Program-made: the position numbers and the translations under genes
Part shown: positions 52,476-57,903 of the stretch, in pieces
Layout: the number at the start of each line of letters is the position of its first letter
Numbering within the stretch: position 1 is the stretch's first letter
The notes under the pieces: generated by a model
Seen by the model: only the letters and a program-made list of their open reading frames with translations
Told to the model about the DNA's origin: nothing
Databases searched by the model: none
IMG/VR virus record: IMGVR_UViG_3300017724_000003
Location: 1-57,903 of that record
Length of the DNA stretch: 57,903 nt
Source: a virus
Direction: 5' to 3' (one strand)

Positions 52476-54104
52476 TTATAACTCACCCCAACCCTTGAAA
52501 ATGTCTCTGCCATACTGCTCAGATAGAGAGTCTCTTTTTCTGTGAGTCTCCTGCATCAAAGAGTTGCCAGACTCGAGTGAGCCAAATACAGACTCGGGTG
52601 TAATTGTTTGGCGGGACAGGACGTCCACTGCCATTGATAGAGCATCTACTTGGTCATCATGTTTGCCGCTTGGGAACGCAACGCACTCCTCCACGAAATC
52701 ATCAAGCCATGTAGCTTTTTCTGGGAGCCACACTCTGCCGCCTTGGATGAGCGGCGTAATCCCGTTGATGCGCGATACCTTATCGTTGACCACCTTATAT
52801 GGAACAACAGCAATCCCTGACTCGCGACGCAAGTCCTGAATGATGGACTGGCCGGATGCCTTGTCCTCAACATAAAGCGCGCGCAAGCCTCTGCCTCTCC
52901 AAGTTGCGTTGATGTTGATGAGCTTTGCGCGTAACTCTGGGTAATCCCAGCGCCCACGATGTATGTCCACAATGTAGATGTCACCTTCATGGGTTAGGCC
53001 AGCGACAATGGCCACAGAGTAGTCGGCGGTCTCCGTCTTCTTAAAGGCGGTGTCTGCTGCAATGATTAAGCTCTGGAAGTTCGTGGGGTTCAGGTCTTCT
53101 GGGTAGTAGTTCCACCACTCTGACTTGAGGATGTTACCACCCTCGATGTATGGCTGCTGCTGGTATAGGGACGCGAAGTCGCGAGGGTTGAGACGCTCAC
53201 GTCTGCGCAGCTCCTCGACGGGAAAGCGCTCTGGCCACAGGGCTACTTCTTTTGTCTCCTGGTGGTAGCGCTTTCCTTTGGCTAGGTTTGAAAGCTCCCC
53301 GGCCTCGACATACATCGGGTGGTCTTTTGGTAGGTTACGCCGAGAAACTTTCTCGCCACCAACGGTCTTGATGGCTGGATAGTCGAGGTGCATCCACAAC
53401 CCCTCCTTCCAGTCGGCTGTTCTCATTAGGCGTCCAGCTAAGTCGTCTGGATGCCAGCGCGTGAGGATAACGATTTGACTGGGTGCTTGCCCCTGCCCGT
53501 CTGGCTGTAGACGAGTGGATAGGGCTGCTGTGTAGAAGTCCCATATCTTGTTGCGCTGGGTTGCGGACTCCGCATCCTCGCGTGACTTAACTGGGTCATC
53601 GACGATAAGTAGGTTTGCTGGTCGACCAGTTGTTGTGCCGCCAATACCCACACCAAAGTATGCGCCGCCCATCTCTGTGCGCCACACATCCGCTGCCCGA
53701 CTATCGCTAGACATCTTGAAGTCAGGGAATGCCTGTTGAACTTCTACGCCAGCAGCTCGGTCACGCACCTGCCGACCAAAGTCAGAGGCCAGCATTGCGT
53801 TGTATGAGCAGGACAGGATGTAGCGGCTGGGATTCTTCGCCATATAGTAGGCAGGAAATAACACAGTCGAGAATGTGGACTTGGCATGTCGAGGTGGCAT
53901 GGTGACGAGGATGTTTCTGGCGGGACGGCCTTCGTCGTCTTCTAGCTCTCCGCGCTCCAGGGCGTCCAGCTTCCTAATAAGGTCTAGCTGAAAGTCCGCA
54001 AGCTCGAAGGTCGGCTCTACTATGCGAACAAAACCCTCAAAGCTCTTCTCTGCATCTTGGAGTTTAAGTAGATGCTTGGCTGCTGCCGAGCGGGACACAC
54101 TCAT
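52476..54104 (-). CDS. terL: Terminase large subunit
   Basis: Walker A-like MPPRHAKST and Walker B LLIVDDPV. C-terminal RNaseH-like nuclease residues (IIAADTAF..., HDDQVDAL). Confidence 0.9.
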   Translation of the reverse strand: MSVSRSAAAKHLLKLQDAEKSFEGFVRIVEPTFELADFQLDLIRKLDALERGELEDDEGRPARNILVTMPPRHAKSTFSTVLFPAYYMAKNPSRYILSCSYNAMLASDFGRQVRDRAAGVEVQQAFPDFKMSSDSRAADVWRTEMGGAYFGVGIGGTTTGRPANLLIVDDPVKSREDAESATQRNKIWDFYTAALSTRLQPDGQGQAPSQIVILTRWHPDDLAGRLMRTADWKEGLWMHLDYPAIKTVGGEKVSRRNLPKDHPMYVEAGELSNLAKGKRYHQETKEVALWPERFPVEELRRRERLNPRDFASLYQQQPYIEGGNILKSEWWNYYPEDLNPTNFQSLIIAADTAFKKTETADYSVAIVAGLTHEGDIYIVDIHRGRWDYPELRAKLININATWRGRGLRALYVEDKASGQSIIQDLRRESGIAVVPYKVVNDKVSRINGITPLIQGGRVWLPEKATWLDDFVEECVAFPSGKHDDQVDALSMAVDVLSRQTITPESVFGSLESGNSLMQETHRKRDSLSEQYGRDIFKGWGEL

Positions 54105-54301
54105 ACGATAATGTCCTTGGCTTTTACCTGGGCAATACCGCTAGTGGGTTTCTGTCTTTTCTCTTTAATGGCGCGCGAGCCCTTCAGCTCCTCTGAGAGC
54201 TTTGTGTCCATGACATTCTCGGACATGACACGGAAGAAGTGGTCCATTACGGCTTCTTGGCGTCTATGTTCCGGTACTGAACTGAGGTCCAGTTGGCTCA
54301 T
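54101..54301 (-). CDS. Small hypothetical protein (start placed at internal Met39 of tracked ORF 54101-54415)
   Basis: ATGA-type overlap with the terL start. The upstream 38 codons of the tracked ORF overlap the TerS-candidate tail in another frame. Confidence 0.35.
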   Translation of the reverse strand: MSQLDLSSVPEHRRQEAVMDHFFRVMSENVMDTKLSEELKGSRAIKEKRQKPTSGIAQVKAKDIIV

Positions 54302-54731
54302 CGCTGCCCCCAGCCCCACTGTCGATATTTTCGTCGGCACTGCTTCCGCTATCGGGTTGCTCACTAGGTCCTTGCTCTTGTCCGTCATCAGTTTCCTCCA
54401 TTGGTTCTGCGTCAATAATTTCGTCTACGCCTGAAGCAATACGCTCCAGCTCTTCGCGAGACATTTCGTTTAATGCACGGTGACTGTGCTCGTGCTGATG
54501 GTAAGAAGCGGACAGGTCGGGAATAACCTTGTTCAACAGGTTGGAAAACACGCGTGCTTGCGTGGGACTCCACTCTGTATGGCCCTTTATTACATCATCA
54601 GCCAGTGCGATGTGCGTCTCCATGTTCCTTGCTATTTGGCCGCGCAGGTTTGCCACCTGATTTGGTGACAATGCCACTTGGCCAGTAGCTGTTTGTACGC
54701 TTACGCGATTTGTGAACTTAGTTCTACTCAT
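54264..54731 (-). CDS. Terminase small subunit candidate with an acidic low-complexity C-terminal tail
   Basis: 155-aa ORF, first gene of the late operon, upstream of terL. Assignment by position only. Confidence 0.45.
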   Translation of the reverse strand: MSRTKFTNRVSVQTATGQVALSPNQVANLRGQIARNMETHIALADDVIKGHTEWSPTQARVFSNLLNKVIPDLSASYHQHEHSHRALNEMSREELERIASGVDEIIDAEPMEETDDGQEQGPSEQPDSGSSADENIDSGAGGSDEPTGPQFSTGT

Positions 54732-55127
54732 TGTTCTCCAACATTTTCATTTTTGCTCGCGACTCGAGACCCCCTGGTGACGTTAGATAGACCGCGCGCG
54801 GAAGGCGGGTGCCGGGTATGCCCCCCGGGGGGGCGTGTGACGTCACAAAACCGTCCCAAACCGCCCGAAACCCGCAGAAAACGTGGGGTTTTGCTCCCCT
54901 TTCAGGGGTGTTTTTGGCGGTGTGTTTTCGCACGCGCTCGTTACGCGTGCGAACGATAGGGTGCTGAGAGACATTCGTAACCATTTCATGACGTTACATG
55001 CGCTCGCGTGGGCGTGTCGTCCGCACGGTTCCCCGAAGGGGAACAGGGGGTTTACTGAGCGGAGCAGTCTGCCTGCTCTTCCCCAGCGCAATCCCGCGCA
55101 GGGGACGCTCACACAGGAGAATTACCC
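54732..55127. promoter_or_regulatory. GC-rich, highly structured non-coding region between the divergent late and early arms; candidate ori, pac site or promoter hub
   Basis: Four ~10-bp tandem units with phased A-tracts (54841-54880). Palindromes GC6G7C (54820-54834) and GTGACGTCAC (54837-54846). TGACGTTA twice (54778, 54989). 9-bp-stem hairpin at 54928-54952. No convincing ORF. Confidence 0.6.
55029..55062 (+). repeat. Copy A of a 34-nt repeated element carrying hairpin TTCCCC-GAA-GGGGAA
   Basis: TTCCCCGAAGGGGAACAGGGGGTTTACTGAGCGG; 30/34 identical to copy B at 57358-57391. Confidence 0.75.
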
Positions 55128-55484
55128 ATGAGCAATTTCACAGGCGCATCATTGCGCGAAATCGAAACCACCATCACCAACGCCAACGCAGACGAGCGCG
55201 ACGCGCTCACAGCCGAGGCCATCGCAATCCTGCAACCGCGTGCAGACCGAGCGACCGAGCGCAAGCAGGTCGGCAAGGCCAAGCGCACGCTCAAGTTCAT
55301 CGCGCAGCTTACCGAAGGTAAGCCTGACCACAAGGCCGCGTTCGCTACGGCGAAGCCGAAGGCCAAGCGCAAGCCGAAGGCCAAGCAGGCGGCAGTCGGC
55401 GGGAACGTCGCAGGCATGAGCGATGCAGACCTCGCGGGCATGGTTGCCATGCTCACCAGCGAGTTGGCTAAGCGCAACGCATAA
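55128..55484 (+). CDS. Hypothetical early protein with a Lys/Ala-rich (histone-tail-like) central segment
   Basis: RBS AGGAGA 7 nt upstream. 118 aa (…ATAKPKAKRKPKAKQAA…). A terminator follows. Confidence 0.6.
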   Translation: MSNFTGASLREIETTITNANADERDALTAEAIAILQPRADRATERKQVGKAKRTLKFIAQLTEGKPDHKAAFATAKPKAKRKPKAKQAAVGGNVAGMSDADLAGMVAMLTSELAKRNA

Positions 55485-55503
55485 CACCTGCGCTACGAAA
55501 TCA

Positions 55504-55537
55504 GCCCTCACACCTTCGGGTGTGGGGGCTTTTTTTG
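55504..55537 (+). terminator. Rho-independent terminator
   Basis: GCCCTCACACC-TTCG-GGTGTGGGGGC (11-bp stem with one G.U, tetraloop) followed by TTTTTTT. Confidence 0.75.
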
Positions 55538-55611
55538 TGTGCTGTTACAGGTCGTGGCACACACACGAACGACCAATAACGACCACCAACGCCATCACAG
55601 GAGGATTCCCA

Positions 55612-55806
55612 ATGGCTAAACAACCTACGCTCGACGAGCTAATCGCAGATGACTCATCACTTGCGACCATCTACGAACGTGCTGACCGCATGAGACGACG
55701 CGAACGAATCGTGTCACTCACGCTGGTTGGTCTACTACTAATCGCTACACACGCAACAGCGGCAACGCTGGGTGCATACGTGTGGCATTTGATTCGGGGG
55801 TGCTGA
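55612..55806 (+). CDS. Small membrane protein (64 aa; start at the ATG with RBS within tracked ORF 55423-55806)
   Basis: AGGAGG 7 nt upstream. C-terminal TM IVSLTLVGLLLIATHATAATLGAYVW. Confidence 0.55.
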   Translation: MAKQPTLDELIADDSSLATIYERADRMRRRERIVSLTLVGLLLIATHATAATLGAYVWHLIRGC

Positions 55807-55807
55807 C

Positions 55808-55990
55808 ATGACGAAGCGATACAACAGTGTCATCAGCCTGCTCGCGTCAATCGACCACGACGACCCAGATGGCGCAGACGTAACAGCCAGTGCTGTTCGT
55901 CAACGTCTACTCGAACGACTGGCCAGCGTGCCAGACGATGAGTTGCTCGAGGCATCGGGTCTTGAAGACACGTGCGAGGTGCTGACATGA
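55808..55990 (+). CDS. Small acidic hypothetical protein
   Basis: 60-aa ORF starting 1 nt after the upstream stop. Confidence 0.5.
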   Translation: MTKRYNSVISLLASIDHDDPDGADVTASAVRQRLLERLASVPDDELLEASGLEDTCEVLT

Positions 55991-56127
55991 CGCTGACAGA
56001 CATCATCGGATTCATCAACGCGTTGGCTGACGCCGACGACATCAACGAGACCGCTCGACGCAAGCAACTACACGAGTTTGCGTGGATGTTGGTCAATGCC
56101 ACAAGGGAGGAAGAAGCCAATGTTTGA
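55987..56127 (+). CDS. Small hypothetical protein (46 aa); not in the ORF track
   Basis: ATGA overlap with the upstream stop. My translation: MTLTDIIGFINALADADDINETARRKQLHEFAWMLVNATREEEANV. Confidence 0.4.
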   Translation: MTLTDIIGFINALADADDINETARRKQLHEFAWMLVNATREEEANV

Positions 56128-56266
56128 CGACGAGTTCATCGCGGCAGTCTTCGAGATTGCCTTCGGCGACAACGCCATCAACCGAGGATTTACGCATCAA
56201 GAGGTCTTAGACCGACTGCGTGTGTTCTCAGACAAATCCCTTATCTGGGAGGAGAACCAACAATGA
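56120..56266 (+). CDS. Small hypothetical protein (48 aa; start at ATG 56120 within tracked ORF 56078-56266)
   Basis: GGGAGGAAG RBS upstream. Overlaps the previous small ORF by 8 nt. Confidence 0.45.
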   Translation: MFDDEFIAAVFEIAFGDNAINRGFTHQEVLDRLRVFSDKSLIWEENQQ

Positions 56267-56481
56267 AACGTGACTATCACCAACTCGCGTCCTCGTTCTA
56301 TCTGTGCGAGACGCTACCCGATGACTGGAACGATTGGGACGAGGACAAATACAACGCATTCCTCACAGACTACGCATGGGAGCCGTTTGAGTATCACGAC
56401 ATCCATGACGTTCACGAGCACATCTTAAACCTAGCGGACATGTTCGCTCATGTCGCTAAGGAGGCTCGTGATGAGACGTGA
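56263..56481 (+). CDS. Small acidic hypothetical protein
   Basis: 72-aa ORF, ATGA overlap with the upstream gene. Confidence 0.5.
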   Translation: MKRDYHQLASSFYLCETLPDDWNDWDEDKYNAFLTDYAWEPFEYHDIHDVHEHILNLADMFAHVAKEARDET

Positions 56482-56620
56482 CCTATCAACCATCTGGAAC
56501 GCGCTTCAATGCTACCGCGAGGATTGCATCTCGACGGATGACGAAGCGTGGGACGAAGTGTGCGAAGCAATGGCACACGTTCATGAAGCACTCGACATTC
56601 CACAGGAGGACATCGAATGA
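56471..56620 (+). CDS. Small hypothetical protein (49 aa); not in the ORF track
   Basis: ATG at 56471 overlaps the previous gene end; its stop overlaps the next ATG (ATGA). My translation: MRRDLSTIWNALQCYREDCISTDDEAWDEVCEAMAHVHEALDIPQEDIE. Confidence 0.4.
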   Translation: MRRDLSTIWNALQCYREDCISTDDEAWDEVCEAMAHVHEALDIPQEDIE

Positions 56621-56937
56621 CAACCATCATCATCCACAAGCCCGGGCAACAGCATCCGCCACGCAAAGAGGCAATGCTTACGTCGTCCGGCAATCCTGCC
56701 AAAGACCAATACGTCGTCTACCACGACGACGGGTCTACGGCATTTGAATCTTACGGGACAACCATCGCGGTTCGTCCTGTGGATTATCCAAGCAACCCGA
56801 TACGTCTCGACCGCGAGCATTGGAATTATTCCATTACGACCGCTCGCTATCGCAATCGGTTCTTGGGTGAAGCGACTGCGGCTACCCGCAAGCGCATATC
56901 GAACGGCCAGTATGTTCTGGCCAAACTTAACGTCTGA
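56617..56937 (+). CDS. Conserved hypothetical phage protein
   Basis: 106 aa. FESYGTTIAV...WNYSITTARYRNRFL pattern recurs in phage early regions. Confidence 0.55.
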   Translation: MTTIIIHKPGQQHPPRKEAMLTSSGNPAKDQYVVYHDDGSTAFESYGTTIAVRPVDYPSNPIRLDREHWNYSITTARYRNRFLGEATAATRKRISNGQYVLAKLNV

Positions 56938-56954
56938 CATAGGAGGACACAGTG

Positions 56955-57341
56955 ATGTTCACAGACATGATTTCAAACATCTTCGGTCGCAAGGCCGAGT
57001 CCACGCAACCCAAACTTCGAGGCGCTACTCGTCGGCAGGCCAGTGACGGAGACGTCCATGGTCAACAGGTGGTGCGACGCACCATCTCGGTCAACGGCGA
57101 AGCCTTCGAGGTCGGCATCAATCGCAGGCTCAATGTATTGCAGAGACGCAATCGCCTACGGCAGATGGTCGTGCACGAGGAACAAGTGTTCTTCGACAAG
57201 CAGGCGGCAATGCACGCTGAGGTTAAAGACCTCATCGCAGGTCACACCTGCAAGGGAAGGCAATTCATTGTCAACCCAGCCACAGTGAAGGGCGCTCGGA
57301 TTCCTGAGCAATCGGTAACTGTGGTTACCCGCGTGAAATAG
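56955..57341 (+). CDS. Hypothetical basic protein
   Basis: AGGAGG 8 nt upstream of the ATG at 56955. 128 aa. Confidence 0.55.
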   Translation: MFTDMISNIFGRKAESTQPKLRGATRRQASDGDVHGQQVVRRTISVNGEAFEVGINRRLNVLQRRNRLRQMVVHEEQVFFDKQAAMHAEVKDLIAGHTCKGRQFIVNPATVKGARIPEQSVTVVTRVK

Positions 57342-57357
57342 TTCCCCAACACGCAAA

Positions 57358-57391
57358 TTCCCCGAAGGGGAATAGGGGGTTCACTTGGCGG
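57358..57391 (+). repeat. Copy B of the 34-nt repeated element
   Basis: TTCCCCGAAGGGGAATAGGGGGTTCACTTGGCGG. Lies between the last early small ORF and cobS. Confidence 0.75.
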
Positions 57392-57427
57392 CTCGGCATC
57401 GAAAGGTGTCGGGTCGTTACTCGTTTG

Positions 57428-57487
57428 GTGTCACGAATTGTTGACACTACTACCCGAAATGTGTTCTGGTGACATCGTTAGGTGTCA
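57428..57487. promoter_or_regulatory. Two inverted repeats built from the TGACA(C) half-site upstream of cobS; candidate operators
   Basis: GTGTCA-N8-TGACAC at 57428-57447 and TGACA-N8-TGTCA at 57470-57487. The same half-site is repeated at 16764-16813 and occurs in the 4977 promoter. Confidence 0.45.
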
Positions 57488-57530
57488 TTATTAGCACTTT
57501 TATTATTACCCATTACAGGAGAAACCTAAC

Positions 57531-57903
57531 ATGACATGGGATAAAACACTTGAAACAGCTTTGGCAGTCGAGGGATTGCAAAGCGAAGTCTATACCGAAA
57601 AACGCAGTGCCTTGCGCAAATCGTTCTCGATACTGCTTCAATACTTCAGCCATTACGAAACACCCGACGCCATTCAACACGAATGGGACAGTGGCACATG
57701 GTCAACTCATATCAAGCTGACTAGGCCATCGACGTCTGGTGTTGCCGCTAATTGCGGTAGCCCATCGGCGCTCACTGCTTTGATTGTTTCGTGCGTCGTG
57801 GAGATGCGTCCATCTGAATATGAACCGCATCAACGCCGTTGTGCGGCTAAAATGTGGGAGGCACTGACTAGCTTCGAGAACTGTGTGTCTGCTACACGAG
57901 GCA
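57531..57903 (+). CDS. cobS: 5' part of the CobS-like AAA+ ATPase gene. It continues across the window junction into 1-1448.
   Basis: ATG at 57531 is preceded by AGGAGA. The frame is open to the window end, and position 57798 is in the same frame as the tracked ORF starting at 18. Confidence 0.75.
   Translation, partial: MTWDKTLETALAVEGLQSEVYTEKRSALRKSFSILLQYFSHYETPDAIQHEWDSGTWSTHIKLTRPSTSGVAANCGSPSALTALIVSCVVEMRPSEYEPHQRRCAAKMWEALTSFENCVSATRG
57781..57903. repeat. Second copy of the 123-bp terminal repeat
   Basis: Identical to 1-123. Confidence 0.95.

Noticed and set aside
54678-55511. ORFs in the GC-rich control region and antisense to the first early gene (54678-54959 plus, 54724-54984 minus, 54843-55112 minus, 54883-55131 plus, 54998-55321 plus, 55109-55477 minus, 55149-55511 minus)
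   Set aside because: They give Arg/Pro/Gly-rich translations, lack RBS and overlap one another. The 55128-55484 frame has a proper RBS and terminator.

Overview
The window is a complete, circularly closed (or terminally redundant) temperate, podovirus-like phage genome of about 57.78 kb. Positions 1-123 are identical to 57781-57903, and the first gene (cobS-like) reads in frame through that junction.

Gene layout:
- Rightward early/accessory arm (55128 -> junction -> 6508): a string of tiny, translationally coupled ORFs, then a CobS/CobT (AAA+/VWA) pair, then a LuxR-type HTH regulator and a tyrosine integrase. A 42-nt 5' fragment of tRNA-Ser(GCU), a candidate attP core, follows the integrase.
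- Leftward operon (13253 -> 6880): regulator, Hjc-like nuclease, HNH-like protein, small basic Cys proteins, a delta-9-type fatty-acid desaturase, secreted proteins, a holin-like protein, an M15 endolysin and a 2OG-oxygenase-like protein.
- Replication/recombination block (13465-20222): RuvC-like resolvase, primase-polymerase/helicase fusion, Sak4-like ATPase, an SSB analogue ending in DDIPF, and a Cas4-like nuclease. I recognised no DNA polymerase.
- One uninterrupted 34.5-kb leftward late operon (54731 -> 20206): TerS candidate, TerL, portal, a 7-kb accessory island, scaffold, major capsid, tail proteins, a GNAT, three large coiled-coil internal proteins and a 3043-aa giant protein with an HExxH motif.

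Most interesting observations:
- The accessory island holds a six-gene, translationally coupled cassette. It pairs a 606-aa strict Gly-X-Y collagen-like protein, rich in Asn-Pro-Gly triplets, with a prolyl-4-hydroxylase-type 2OG-Fe(II) oxygenase.
- The giant polyvalent-like virion protein.
- A roughly 390-bp highly structured GC-rich non-coding region between the late and early arms.
- Repeated candidate regulatory elements.

I saw no rRNA, no CRISPR array and no complete tRNA. All functional calls rest on motif recognition by eye; no searches were run.
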